Below, in pieces: positions 8,380-18,231 of a stretch of DNA of 64,000 bases (positions are counted from its first letter, which is position 1; each line of letters begins with the position of its first letter). The translations under genes were made by a program, and so were the position numbers. This DNA comes from Jiangellaceae bacterium. GTDB lineage: Bacteria; Actinomycetota; Actinomycetes; Jiangellales; Jiangellaceae. Under the pieces are notes generated by a model, which saw nothing but the letters and a program-made list of their open reading frames with translations, made no database searches and was not told the DNA's origin. Location of the stretch: positions 5,757 through 69,756 of the forward strand of contig DASUYL010000069.1 in NCBI GenBank assembly GCA_036377395.1. The letters are read 5' to 3'.

Positions 8380-11289
8380 GTGACGCTGCTCCTCCTTCTG
8401 CATCTCGGCCTGGCGGCACTGGGTCCCGTCGTGATGCGTGTGATGGGCCGATACGCCTTCCTGGTCCTGGCACTGGCACCGGCCGCGTCGTTCTGCTGGC
8501 TGGTGGCGCAGAGCTCACAGGTCGCCCAGGGTGGGTCCGTCGTCGAGGTCGTCAGCTGGGTGCCGAGCCTCGACCTCGAGCTCGCCTTCCGGCTGACCAC
8601 GCTGCAGTGGGTCTTTGCCCTGCTCGTCACCGGCATCGGCGCGATCGTGCTCGTCTACTGCACCTGGTACTTCGACGCCGACGACGAAGGGCTGGGGAGG
8701 TTCGCGCTGAACTTCACCGGTTTCGCCGGCGCCATGCTCGGTCTGGTCGTCGCCGACGACCTGCTGCTGCTGTACGTGTTCTGGGAGCTCACCACCGTCT
8801 TCTCCTACCTGCTCATCGGCCATCGGCCCGAGCGCCGCGCGGACCGGCGGGCCGCACTGCAGGCGTTGATCGTCACGACGGCCGGCGGCCTGGCGATGCT
8901 CGTCGGGCTGATCCTGATCGGAAACGAGGCAGGGACGTACCGGATCTCCGAGATCCTCGCGGCGCCGCCCACGGGTGCCGCCGTCACCGCGGGTGTCACC
9001 TTGGCACTCGTCGGTGCCGTGTCGAAGTCGGCCCTCGTCCCGTTCCACTTCTGGCTGCCGGGAGCGATGGTCGCGCCGACGCCCGTGAGCGCGTACCTGC
9101 ACGCGGCGGCCATGGTGAAGGCCGGCGTCTACCTCGTCGCGCTGTTCGCACCGGCCTTCGCCGACATCGGGCCGTGGCGACCCATGGTGCTGGGCCTGGG
9201 CGCCGCGACGATGGCACTGGGCGCGTGGCACGCCCTGCGCCAGTCCGACCTCAAGCTGCTCCTCGCTCACGGCACCGTCAGCCAACTCGGCTTCCTGGTG
9301 GCCATCGTCGGGCTCGGCACCCGGTCGGCGGCTCTCGCCGGCGTGGCGATGGTCGTGGCGCACGCGCTGTTCAAGGCGTCGCTGTTCCTCGTCGTCGGCA
9401 TCATCGACCGCGTGACCGGAACCCGCGACCTGCGGGAACTGTCCGGGCTGGCCAGGTCGATGCCGCTCGTGGCGGCGACCGGCCTGGTGGCAGCGGCGTC
9501 GATGGCGGCCATCCCGCCGGTCGCCGGGTTCGTGGCGAAGGAGAGCGTGTTCATCGCGTTCGTCGACGTCGGTGCCACACCCGACGGCGACGGCACCGGC
9601 ATCGGCCCGATTGTCGCCGGCATCGTCCTTGCCGCCCTCGTCGCCGGCTCGGCGCTGACCGTCGCCTACACCGCAAGGTTCGCCTGGGGGGCCTTCGCCA
9701 CCAAGCGCGGCGTGTCCGCCACCGAACCGGCTCCCGTCGCGGCCGGCTTCGTCGCCGCTCCGGCCATGCTCGGCCTGCTGAGCATCGCCCTCGGCTTCGC
9801 CGGCGCCGCCGAGACCGCGCTCATCGAGCCCTATGCCGTCGCCTTCCCGCCCGGCGCCCACGTGCCCGACCTCGCGCTCTGGCACGGCCTCGAACCGGCC
9901 CTCGCGCTGTCGGTCGTCGCGGTGCTCGGCGGTCTCGCCCTGTTCGTCCTCCGGGACCGAGTCGAACGTCTGCAGGCGCGAACGGTTCCCATGGTCGACG
10001 CCGGGCGCGCGTACGACACGCTGATGCGCGGCCTGGACCGGCTCGCCGTCGAGGTCACCGGAACGACCCAGCGCGGATCGCTGCCGATCTACCTGGCCGT
10101 CATCCTGGTCGTCGTCGTGGTGCTGCCGGGTGGCGCCCTGGTGCTCGGCGGCGCATGGGGCGTCGACGTCAGGGCCTGGGACGTTCCGGCGCAGGCCTTG
10201 ATCGGCGGGCTGATCGTCGCGGCGGCCGTGCTGGCCACCCGGGCCCGCCGCCGGCTCAAGGCGGTTGTCCTCCTCGGAGTCACCGGCTATGGCACGGCTT
10301 TGCTGTTCCTCCTCCACGGTGCGCCCGACCTCGCGCTCACCCAGGTGCTGGTCGAGACCGTGACGATCGTCGTGTTCGTGCTCGTGATGCGCCGGTTGCC
10401 GGTCTACTTCTCCGACCGGCCGCTGACGTCGAGCCGCTGGGGAAGGCTGGGCATCGGCCTGCTGGCCGGGACCGCCGTCGCGGGCTTCGTGCTTTCGGCC
10501 ACGTCGGCACGGATCGCCGAGCCGGTGTCGGAGGACTTCCCCGCCGAGGCAGTGAGCTTCGGCGGCGGTAAGAACATCGTCAACGTCACCCTCGTCGACA
10601 TCCGCGCCTGGGACACCCTTGGTGAGATATCGGTGCTGGCGGTGGCCGCCACCGGGGTCGCGAGCATGGTGTTCGTGCACACCCGGCGGGCCGGCATCGC
10701 CCGGCCGGCCGAGGGTCCCACGATCGCCGCACGGCGGCGCGCGACGGGCGACGACTACCGCAACACCTGGCTGCGAGGCGGGCGGACGCTCACCCCCGAA
10801 CGGCGGTCGATCATCTTCGAGGTCGTGACCCGGCTGTCCTTCCATACCATGATCGTCTTTTCGCTGTTCCTGCTGTTCGCCGGTCACAACAACCCCGGCG
10901 GCGGCTTTGCCGGAGGTCTCGTCGCGGGCCTGGCCCTGATGGTCCGGTACCTGGCCGCCGGCCGCTACGAGCTCGACGAGGCGGCGCCGGTCGACGCCGG
11001 TCTCGTGCTCGGGCTCGGGCTCGTGGTGGCCACGGGCACCGGGCTGATGGCGCTGCTGTTCGGTGGCGAGGTCCTGCAGAGCGCCGTGATCGACCTCACC
11101 GTGCCGCTGCTCGGTGAGGTCCACCTGGTGACCTCGATCTTCTTCGACATCGGTGTCTACCTGGTGGTCGTCGGGCTGATGCTCGACGTGCTTCGCAGCC
11201 TGGGCTCCGGCGTCGACCGGCTGGCAGACGACGACGAGGAGGGCGAGCCCGCAGAGCGGGAGCCCGAGGTCGTCGGAGGTGTCGGATGA
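8380..11289 (+). CDS. mrpA: Na+/H+ antiporter subunit A (MrpA with fused MrpB-like C-terminal region)
   Basis: A 969-aa polytopic NuoL-like protein, first gene of the overlapping mrp operon. Confidence 0.9.
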   Translation: MTLLLLLHLGLAALGPVVMRVMGRYAFLVLALAPAASFCWLVAQSSQVAQGGSVVEVVSWVPSLDLELAFRLTTLQWVFALLVTGIGAIVLVYCTWYFDADDEGLGRFALNFTGFAGAMLGLVVADDLLLLYVFWELTTVFSYLLIGHRPERRADRRAALQALIVTTAGGLAMLVGLILIGNEAGTYRISEILAAPPTGAAVTAGVTLALVGAVSKSALVPFHFWLPGAMVAPTPVSAYLHAAAMVKAGVYLVALFAPAFADIGPWRPMVLGLGAATMALGAWHALRQSDLKLLLAHGTVSQLGFLVAIVGLGTRSAALAGVAMVVAHALFKASLFLVVGIIDRVTGTRDLRELSGLARSMPLVAATGLVAAASMAAIPPVAGFVAKESVFIAFVDVGATPDGDGTGIGPIVAGIVLAALVAGSALTVAYTARFAWGAFATKRGVSATEPAPVAAGFVAAPAMLGLLSIALGFAGAAETALIEPYAVAFPPGAHVPDLALWHGLEPALALSVVAVLGGLALFVLRDRVERLQARTVPMVDAGRAYDTLMRGLDRLAVEVTGTTQRGSLPIYLAVILVVVVVLPGGALVLGGAWGVDVRAWDVPAQALIGGLIVAAAVLATRARRRLKAVVLLGVTGYGTALLFLLHGAPDLALTQVLVETVTIVVFVLVMRRLPVYFSDRPLTSSRWGRLGIGLLAGTAVAGFVLSATSARIAEPVSEDFPAEAVSFGGGKNIVNVTLVDIRAWDTLGEISVLAVAATGVASMVFVHTRRAGIARPAEGPTIAARRRATGDDYRNTWLRGGRTLTPERRSIIFEVVTRLSFHTMIVFSLFLLFAGHNNPGGGFAGGLVAGLALMVRYLAAGRYELDEAAPVDAGLVLGLGLVVATGTGLMALLFGGEVLQSAVIDLTVPLLGEVHLVTSIFFDIGVYLVVVGLMLDVLRSLGSGVDRLADDDEEGEPAEREPEVVGGVG

Positions 11290-11711
11290 CGGCGAACCTG
11301 ACCCTCGTCCTCACCGCATCGGCGCTCGTCGCCGCCGGCGTCTACCTGTTGCTCGAACGCAGCCTCACCAGGGTCCTGATCGGCATCATCCTCATCAGCA
11401 ACGGCGTCAATGTCGCGTTCCTCGTCACCGGCGGGCGGGCCGGAGGCGCACCCATCGTCGGGGTCACGGAGCCCGCCCGGATGAGTGACCCGCTGCCGCA
11501 GGCGATGGTGCTGACCGCGATCGTGATCACCCTCGGGCTCACCGCCTTCCTGCTGGCGATGGCGTATCGGAGCTGGCAGCTGACCGGTCACGACGATGTG
11601 CAGGACGACGTCGAGGACGCGGCGATCCGCCGGCTGGCCGAGTCCGATGCCGGGTCCAGCAGCTACGACGACACCGACGACGATGCCTCGCCGCCGGAGG
11701 CCCGGCCGTGA
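11286..11711 (+). CDS. mrpC: Na+/H+ antiporter subunit C (NuoK-like)
   Basis: ATGA overlap with mrpA. Three TM segments, with an LLERSLTRVLIGIILISNGVN motif. Confidence 0.9.
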   Translation: MTANLTLVLTASALVAAGVYLLLERSLTRVLIGIILISNGVNVAFLVTGGRAGGAPIVGVTEPARMSDPLPQAMVLTAIVITLGLTAFLLAMAYRSWQLTGHDDVQDDVEDAAIRRLAESDAGSSSYDDTDDDASPPEARP

Positions 11712-13312
11712 GGGCGGTCAGCCTCGTCCCGCTCCCGGTGGTGCTGCCGTTGCTGGGAGCCGGTGTCGCCCTGGCGCTCGGGCGCTGGGACCGCGCCCAG
11801 CGCGCCGTGAGCCTGGTGGTCCTGATGGCAACGGTGGCCATCGCCGCGGTCCTGCTGGTCAATGCCGACGCGGACGGGCCGCTGGTGGTCTGGATCGGCG
11901 GCTGGCCCGAGCCGCTGGGCATCTCACTCGTCGCCGACCGGCTGTCGGCGCTGATGCTGCTGGTGTCCGCGACGGTGACACTCGCCGTGCTCGTGTACTC
12001 GCTCGGCCAGGGCGTCGCGGACGGCACCCGCAACACCCCGGTGTCGATCTACCACCCCACCTATCTCGTTCTCTCCGCCGGAGTCGCGAACGCGTTCCTG
12101 GCCGGTGACCTGTTCAACCTGTTCGTCGGTTTCGAGGTGTTGCTCGCCGCCAGCTACGTCCTGATGACGCTGACGGGTACCAGCGAGCGCATCCGGGCCG
12201 GCACGACATATGTCGTGGTCAGCCTGCTGTCCTCACTGCTGTTCCTCGTCGCCATCGCGCTGGTCTACGCGGCGACGGGAACGGTCAACCTCGCCCAGCT
12301 CTCCGGGCGGCTTGCCGACCTGCCCGACGGTGTCTCGCTGGTCCTGCAACTCCTGCTGCTCACCGTGTTCTCCATCAAGGCGGCCGTGTTCCCGCTGTCG
12401 GCATGGCTGCCGGACAGCTATCCGACCGCTCCGGCGCCGGTGACCGCCGTGTTCGCCGGACTGCTCACCAAGGTGGGTGTCTACGCGATCATCCGGACCC
12501 AGACGCTGCTGTTCCCGGACAGCCCGCTGACCGACCTGCTCATGTGGGCAGCGCTGCTGACGATGATCGTGGGCATCCTGGGTGCGGTCGCTCAGTCCGA
12601 GATCAAGCGGATGCTGTCGTTCACGCTGGTGAGCCATATCGGCTACATGGTTTTCGGCGTTGCCCTCGCGACCGCCGCCGGGCTGGCCGGAGCGATCTTC
12701 TACGTCGTCCACCACATCACCATCCAGACCACGCTGTTCCTCGTCGCCGGTCTGGTGGAACGGCGTGGCGGATCCACCTCCCTCAGCCGGCTCGGGGGCC
12801 TGGCCCGGGCGTCACCGATCCTGGGAGTCCTGTTCTTCGTCCCGGCCATGAACCTGGGCGGGATCCCGCCGTTCTCCGGCTTCCTGGGCAAGGTCGGGCT
12901 ACTGCAGGCGGGAGTTGGATCCGGCCTGCCGCTCGCGTACGTCCTGGTGGCGGGTGGGGTGGTCACCAGCCTGCTGACGTTGTACGCGGTCGCGAAGGCA
13001 TGGAACCTCGCCTTCTGGCGTGCTGCACCGGCCGAGATTCTCGAGCCCGCGTCGGCCGTGGATGCCCGCGAGGCGGTGCGGGCTCGCGGCGCCGGGGGGA
13101 CACCGCGCAATCCGGCCTCGGACCAGCCCGCACCCTCCCCGCCGGTCGCGCTGCCGGCCGCCATGGTGGCGCCGACGGCCGGCCTGGTCGTCGCCGGCGT
13201 CGCCCTCAGCGTCGTCGCCGGTCCGCTGTTCGCCGTGGCCGACCGGGCCGCCGCCGACCTGCTGGAGCGCTCACCGTACGTCGAGTCGGTCCTGCCCAGG
13301 GGTGCGCCGTGA
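11708..13312 (+). CDS. mrpD: Na+/H+ antiporter subunit D (NuoN/NuoM-like)
   Basis: GTGA overlap with mrpC. A 534-aa proton-pumping-subunit-like protein. Confidence 0.9.
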   Translation: MRAVSLVPLPVVLPLLGAGVALALGRWDRAQRAVSLVVLMATVAIAAVLLVNADADGPLVVWIGGWPEPLGISLVADRLSALMLLVSATVTLAVLVYSLGQGVADGTRNTPVSIYHPTYLVLSAGVANAFLAGDLFNLFVGFEVLLAASYVLMTLTGTSERIRAGTTYVVVSLLSSLLFLVAIALVYAATGTVNLAQLSGRLADLPDGVSLVLQLLLLTVFSIKAAVFPLSAWLPDSYPTAPAPVTAVFAGLLTKVGVYAIIRTQTLLFPDSPLTDLLMWAALLTMIVGILGAVAQSEIKRMLSFTLVSHIGYMVFGVALATAAGLAGAIFYVVHHITIQTTLFLVAGLVERRGGSTSLSRLGGLARASPILGVLFFVPAMNLGGIPPFSGFLGKVGLLQAGVGSGLPLAYVLVAGGVVTSLLTLYAVAKAWNLAFWRAAPAEILEPASAVDAREAVRARGAGGTPRNPASDQPAPSPPVALPAAMVAPTAGLVVAGVALSVVAGPLFAVADRAAADLLERSPYVESVLPRGAP

Positions 13313-13887
13313 CACCCTCCGCTCCCCGCTCGCGGATGGGTCACGCGCTCCGCTCCCCGATGGTCGTGTGGCTCACGCTCACCTGGGTCTTCCTGTGGGG
13401 CGACCTCTCGATCGCCAACGTCGTGTCCGGTGCGCTGATCGGCATCGTGGTCATCGCCGTCTTCCCGCTACCTCCGGTTGTCTTCGAGGGTCGCGTGCAC
13501 CCGGTCGCGTTGGTCCGCCTGATCGGCTGGTTCGTCGTGGACCTCGTCCGGGCCAGTGTTCAGGTCGCCGCCCTGGCGGTGCGGTTCGGCCACCAGCCGC
13601 GGAACGCGGTGGTCCAGGTGGACCTCCGCAGCCGATCCGACCTCTACCTCACCATCACGGCCGAACTGGTCACGCTCGTTCCGGGCAGCATGGTCATCGA
13701 TCTCCGGCGCTCCACGTCGACGCTGTACATCCACGTGCTCGGGGTCCGAGACGAATCCGACGTCGACCGCGCGAGGGCACACACCCTCGACGTGGAGGAG
13801 CGGGTGGTACGGGCGCTGGCGTCCAAGGACGAACTGGCGGAGTTCCGGCGGATCCGGACCGCCGAGGCGGGCAGGACACCGTCATGA
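13309..13887 (+). CDS. mrpE: Na+/H+ antiporter subunit E
   Basis: GTGA overlap with mrpD. Position in the operon and MrpE-like sequence (WLTLTWVFLWGDLS...). Confidence 0.8.
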   Translation: MTPSAPRSRMGHALRSPMVVWLTLTWVFLWGDLSIANVVSGALIGIVVIAVFPLPPVVFEGRVHPVALVRLIGWFVVDLVRASVQVAALAVRFGHQPRNAVVQVDLRSRSDLYLTITAELVTLVPGSMVIDLRRSTSTLYIHVLGVRDESDVDRARAHTLDVEERVVRALASKDELAEFRRIRTAEAGRTPS

Positions 13888-14177
13888 CGGTCGTGTTGTG
13901 GGTGTGTGGGGTCGCGTTCGGCTCGGCCGCGGCGCTGGCCTTGTGGCGCATGAACCGGGGGCCGCGGATGCTCGACCGGATGATCGCCGTCGACGTCCTC
14001 ATCGCCGCGGCCGTCGGCGCGCTCGGGCTCGAGGCGGCGGTGAACCGGCACGCAACCACGCTGCCGATCCTCCTCGTTCTGTCCATGGTGGGGTTCGTCG
14101 GCTCGGTCAGCGTCGCCCGCTTTGCCGCCGGCGAGTCTCGGCCGCCGGTTCCCGAGTCGGAGGAGGGGCCGCTGTGA
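13884..14177 (+). CDS. mrpF: Na+/H+ antiporter subunit F
   Basis: ATGA overlap with mrpE. A small three-TM protein. Confidence 0.8.
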   Translation: MTVVLWVCGVAFGSAAALALWRMNRGPRMLDRMIAVDVLIAAAVGALGLEAAVNRHATTLPILLVLSMVGFVGSVSVARFAAGESRPPVPESEEGPL

Positions 14178-14536
14178 CGTGGGACACCGCCCTCGACATC
14201 GCATCGGGGTTCTGCCTGGTCGCTGGAGCGCTGCTGGGCCTGGCCGCGGCGATAGGCCTGGTCCGGTTCCCCGACCTGCTGAGCCGCATGCATGCAGCGA
14301 CGAAGCCTCAGGTGCTCGGCCTGCTGCTCGTCGTGACCGGCGTGGGCCTGCGTCTGCGGGACCCCGGCGCCGCCGGCCTCCTCATGCTCGTCGCAGCGCT
14401 GCAACTGCTGACGACTCCGGTGGCGGCGCACATCGTCGGCCGGGCCGCCTACCGTACGCGACAGGTCCGTGAGGACCTGCTCACGACCGACGAGCTGATG
14501 ACCGCACTCGAGTCGGACGACACCGGTGCCGTCTGA
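14174..14536 (+). CDS. mrpG: Na+/H+ antiporter subunit G
   Basis: GTGA overlap with mrpF. LVRFPDLLSRMHAATKPQ motif typical of MnhG/MrpG. Confidence 0.85.
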   Translation: MTWDTALDIASGFCLVAGALLGLAAAIGLVRFPDLLSRMHAATKPQVLGLLLVVTGVGLRLRDPGAAGLLMLVAALQLLTTPVAAHIVGRAAYRTRQVREDLLTTDELMTALESDDTGAV

Positions 14537-14552
14537 GTAACGGGTCGCCGGC

Positions 14553-14936
14553 TCAGGTGAGGAGCTTCGCCTTCTGCGCCTCGAACTCGTCGGCGGTGAT
14601 CACACCGGAGTCGCGCAGCTGGGCCAACTTGGTCAGCTCGTCGGCCGAGGAGGTGCTGCCGGTCGACGCGACTTCCTGGATGTACTGCCGCGTCGCCCGC
14701 TGGCGCTCGGCCGCGTCGCTCATGGTCCGCTGCTGCATCGAGTCGCCCCGCGCGATCAGGTAGATCAGCGCGCCCAGCCACGGCACGATGATCACGAACA
14801 GGGTCCACAGCGCCTTTGCCCAGCCGGAAAGGTCGTCGCTACGGAAAATGTCGGTGATGATCGAGATCAGCAGCCAGATCCAGGCGATGAACAGGAAGAA
14901 CCAGAGCATCGTCCAGAACAGATCGAGTAGTGGCAT
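14553..14936 (-). CDS. membrane protein with a PLDc_N-like N-terminal TM region and a C-terminal SHOCT domain
   Basis: Trp/Phe-rich two-TM N-terminus (LWTLFVIIVPWLGALIYLIARG) and a C-terminal LAQLRDSGVITADEFEAQKAKLL SHOCT motif. Confidence 0.8.
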   Translation of the reverse strand: MPLLDLFWTMLWFFLFIAWIWLLISIITDIFRSDDLSGWAKALWTLFVIIVPWLGALIYLIARGDSMQQRTMSDAAERQRATRQYIQEVASTGSTSSADELTKLAQLRDSGVITADEFEAQKAKLLT

Positions 14937-14970
14937 GACGGTGACCTCCGCAGGGTGATGGTTTCGTGCT

Positions 14971-15219
14971 TCAGATCCCGAGAATCTGCTTCTTCTTCGC
15001 GTCGTACTCTTCGTCGGTGATCAGGCCCTGTTCCTTGAGCCGACCGAGTTGCTCCAGCTCGGCGACGTAGGACGGCTGCGCGGGCTGGGCCGGTGCGGCC
15101 GGCGGTGCGTAGTCCGGTTGCTGCGAGGCGTACTCCGGCTCCGGCGAGGCCATCGCCTGTTGCCGGCGCGAAACCCGCCGGCTCGTCCGGCGGGCTACGC
15201 GCCTGCTGGGTCCGAACAT
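14971..15219 (-). CDS. SHOCT domain protein
   Basis: C-terminal LGRLKEQGLITDEEYDAKKKQILG motif. The start lies 2 nt after the stop of the upstream gene. Confidence 0.7.
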   Translation of the reverse strand: MFGPSRRVARRTSRRVSRRQQAMASPEPEYASQQPDYAPPAAPAQPAQPSYVAELEQLGRLKEQGLITDEEYDAKKKQILGI

Positions 15220-15221
15220 GG

Positions 15222-15758
15222 TCAGCTCTCCTTCGTCTCGGTGGTGTCAGCCGCGCCTTCTGCCTCGGCTGCCGAGATGAAGCCGACGGCAACGAGATCG
15301 AGCGGGCTGATGAATCCGTCGCTGATCCGGAACCCGCCGGCCCGGGCGATCGCGTCGCGCAGCGGGATCGCCCAGCGGTGCTCCAGCAGGACGAGGGCAG
15401 CCGCAGTGTCGTTCGGCAGCTCGTCGAGGACGTCCCAAGCATCCTGCTCGGAGAAGACGTCCACGCCGTCCGCGGCGGCCTCCGCGCCCGCGACAGCGCC
15501 CGCTTCCATACCTTTCTCACCCTCGGCGCCGAGACCGACGAGGGCACCGACAACGGCGCCGAGCTCCGCTGCCTCGTCGGCCGAGAGGTTGCTGACCTTC
15601 AGCGCGGCGACGTCGCCCTCGGCGTCCTTGTACACCGCGAGGGCATCGATCAGGCGAACCGTGTCGTCTTCCCGGAGCCGGCTGAGCTCGGCCAGGATCT
15701 CGCCTCTGAAATCGGGCTGGCTGAAGCCGAGCACCAACAACTGCACTGGTCCGATCAT
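15222..15758 (-). CDS. DUF1269/DUF6325-like protein (function unknown)
   Basis: MIGPVQLLVLGFSQPDFRGEILAEL...LIDALAVYKDAEGDV architecture. GAGGGGA lies 6 nt before the ATG at 15758. Confidence 0.6.
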   Translation of the reverse strand: MIGPVQLLVLGFSQPDFRGEILAELSRLREDDTVRLIDALAVYKDAEGDVAALKVSNLSADEAAELGAVVGALVGLGAEGEKGMEAGAVAGAEAAADGVDVFSEQDAWDVLDELPNDTAAALVLLEHRWAIPLRDAIARAGGFRISDGFISPLDLVAVGFISAAEAEGAADTTETKES

Positions 15759-15867
15759 CGTGATCCCCTCGTTGCCCAGCGGCACAGGGCTGCTTCGTCA
15801 CATCAGACGCGCCGTGCGCCGGGCACGCCTCACCCGGACGGGGTGAAAAGTCCGGCTCGGGTCCCGG

Positions 15868-18231
15868 TCATTGACGTGCCATCGCGATCCGCAGTCGCTC
15901 GTCCGGCGAGATCAGGTGATCTAGATCCTCGGCGGCCTCGTCGGTGTCGATCTGTACCCATCGAATCCGCCCGCTGAAGGAGCTGCTCTTCGGGCCGTAG
16001 TCGTCGCTGACGGGTGTAGCGGTGTCCGATCCGATGTCGGTCGTTTCGTCGGCCGAGAAGAGCATGGGAACCGTCCCGTCCACCCGCCCCTCGCCGGCCC
16101 GGTTGCCGTCGACGAAGAGGGTGACCGTCCCGCCCTTGCCCAGCCCTCCACCGTCGTAGACGAACTCCGCCCGAACCTGATGCTCGCCGGCCGGAATCGG
16201 CTCGTCGCCGTAGACCTTGAAGCGGCGGAGACCGAACAGGTTGTAACAGAACGCCGGCTTGCCGTCCATGGCGTAGAGGCTGAACCCGCCGAAGCCGCCG
16301 CCCTGGGCGATGATCACCCCGCTGGCACCGGTGTCGGGAACGTCCACCTCGGCGGTGATGGCGAACGACTTGTTCTTGGTGACCACGATGCTGTTCTCGG
16401 ACAGCCGGCCCATCCCGCCGAACAGAACCTGCGAGTTGCCTTTCACCAGCTGGGGGCGGCCGGCCAGTTCGGGGTTGAAGCGCTCGAAGCGGCGGTCGTC
16501 CAGCGGAAGCACGTCGTACTTGACCGCCTCGATCAGGAACAAGCGCTGGAGCTCGTGCAGCTTGTCCGGGCGCTCCCCGGACAGGTCGTGCGCCTGCGTC
16601 CAGTCCTCCGGGCTGTAGAGCTCCCAGACGTCATCGTCGAAGGCCGGCATCTCCGTAGGTGCCCACGGGATGCTGTGCCGGGTCACGGCCGTCCAGCCAT
16701 CGTGGTAGATGCCCCGGTTGCAGAACATCTCGAAGTACTGGGTCGTGTGGCGATCCTCGGCGTCGCCCCGTTCGAAGGAGTACGCCATGCTCACACCGTG
16801 CAAGGGCATCTGCAGGACGCCGTTGACACTGTCGGGTTCGGGCAGCCCGGCTGCCTCGAGGATCGTCGGCGCGATGTCGATAACGTGGTGGAACTGGGAG
16901 CGGATCTCGCCGCGAGCCGGAAAGCCGTTGGGCCAGTGGACGATGGTGCCGTTGCGCGTGCCGCCCCAGTGTGACGCGACCTGTTTGGTCCATTGGTACG
17001 GCGCATCCATGGCGTGGGCCCAGCCGACGGCGTAGTGGTTGTAGGCCGCGGGCGTCCCGAAGTCGTCGATGCGCGACGCCATGAACTCGACCGTCTCGAG
17101 TCCGGCGGCACCGTTGAGGACGACGAGTTCGTTGAAGCAGCCGTTGGGTGTGCCCTCGGCTGAGGCCCCGTTGTCCCCGATCAGGTAGAAGATCAACGTG
17201 TCGTCGCGGATCTCGAGTTCGGTGAGTGCGTCGATCAGCCGTCCGACGTGGTGGTCGGTGTGCTCGAGGAAGCCGGCGTATACCTCCATCTGCCGGGCCA
17301 GGACGGGCTTCAGACCTTCCGGCATGTCGTCCCAGGCCGGAATTTCCGCCGGGCGCGCGGTCAGCTCAGCGTCGGGCGGAATCACACCGAGCTCCTGCTG
17401 CCGGGCGAGGGTCTCCTCGCGGAGCCGGTCCCAGCCCTGGTCGAACCTGCCCTTGTACTTGTCCGCCCACTGCTTCGGAACGTGGTGCGGCGCATGGGTC
17501 GCACCGGGCGCGTAGTAGACGAAGAACGGCTTGTCCGGCGCGAGCGCCCGCTGCTGTCGTACCCAGGCGATCGCCCTGTCGGTCATGTCCTGGGTGAAGT
17601 GATACCCCTCCTCCGGCGTCCGGTCCGGCTCGATCGGCACGGTGTCCTGGTAGATCGCTGGAGCCCACTGGTTGGTCTCGCCCGCGACAAAGCCGTAGAA
17701 GTGCTCGAAGCCGGACCCCGTCGGCCATTGGCGGAACGGTCCGACGGGGCTCGCCTCCCACACCGGAACCTCGTGACATTTGCCGAACTGTGCGGTCGAG
17801 TAGCCGTTGAGTCTGAGGACCTCCGCCAGCGGCGCGGCGGTGTTGGGCCGGATCGAGTTGTACCCCGGCGCAGACGTGGCGATCTCGGTGATGCCGCCCA
17901 TCCCGACGGCGTGGTGGTTCCTCCCCGTCAGCAGGGCCTGGCGCGTGGGCGAGCACAGCGCCGTCGTGTGGAACCGGTTGTACTTCAGACCGTTCGCGGC
18001 CAGCCGGTCCGCGGTGGGCGTCTCACACGGCCCGCCGAACGCGCTGGCGGCACCGAACCCGACGTCGTCGAGCATGATCACCAGGACGTTCGGCGCACCC
18101 GCCGGCGGTCGGAGTGGGTCGATCGGCGGGAACGCGGTCGCGGGATCCTTTGCGTCGTAGGTCACCAGACCACTGGGACGGCGATCCGGAACCGGAAGGA
18201 CGTGGCGACCGAGCGCTTCGCTGTGGGTCAT
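15868..18231 (-). CDS. arylsulfatase (Cys-type sulfatase family), no signal peptide
   Basis: MLDDVGFG metal-binding motif and the CSPTRQALLTGRNHH formylglycine signature. Confidence 0.9.
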   Translation of the reverse strand: MTHSEALGRHVLPVPDRRPSGLVTYDAKDPATAFPPIDPLRPPAGAPNVLVIMLDDVGFGAASAFGGPCETPTADRLAANGLKYNRFHTTALCSPTRQALLTGRNHHAVGMGGITEIATSAPGYNSIRPNTAAPLAEVLRLNGYSTAQFGKCHEVPVWEASPVGPFRQWPTGSGFEHFYGFVAGETNQWAPAIYQDTVPIEPDRTPEEGYHFTQDMTDRAIAWVRQQRALAPDKPFFVYYAPGATHAPHHVPKQWADKYKGRFDQGWDRLREETLARQQELGVIPPDAELTARPAEIPAWDDMPEGLKPVLARQMEVYAGFLEHTDHHVGRLIDALTELEIRDDTLIFYLIGDNGASAEGTPNGCFNELVVLNGAAGLETVEFMASRIDDFGTPAAYNHYAVGWAHAMDAPYQWTKQVASHWGGTRNGTIVHWPNGFPARGEIRSQFHHVIDIAPTILEAAGLPEPDSVNGVLQMPLHGVSMAYSFERGDAEDRHTTQYFEMFCNRGIYHDGWTAVTRHSIPWAPTEMPAFDDDVWELYSPEDWTQAHDLSGERPDKLHELQRLFLIEAVKYDVLPLDDRRFERFNPELAGRPQLVKGNSQVLFGGMGRLSENSIVVTKNKSFAITAEVDVPDTGASGVIIAQGGGFGGFSLYAMDGKPAFCYNLFGLRRFKVYGDEPIPAGEHQVRAEFVYDGGGLGKGGTVTLFVDGNRAGEGRVDGTVPMLFSADETTDIGSDTATPVSDDYGPKSSSFSGRIRWVQIDTDEAAEDLDHLISPDERLRIAMARQ

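Noticed and set aside
5983-11124. Antisense ORFs of 623 aa (5983..7854) and 869 aa (8515..11124) opposite secDF and mrpA
   Set aside because: Same reasoning. The composition is dominated by R/G/D/P/H, and the sense strands encode unmistakable membrane proteins.
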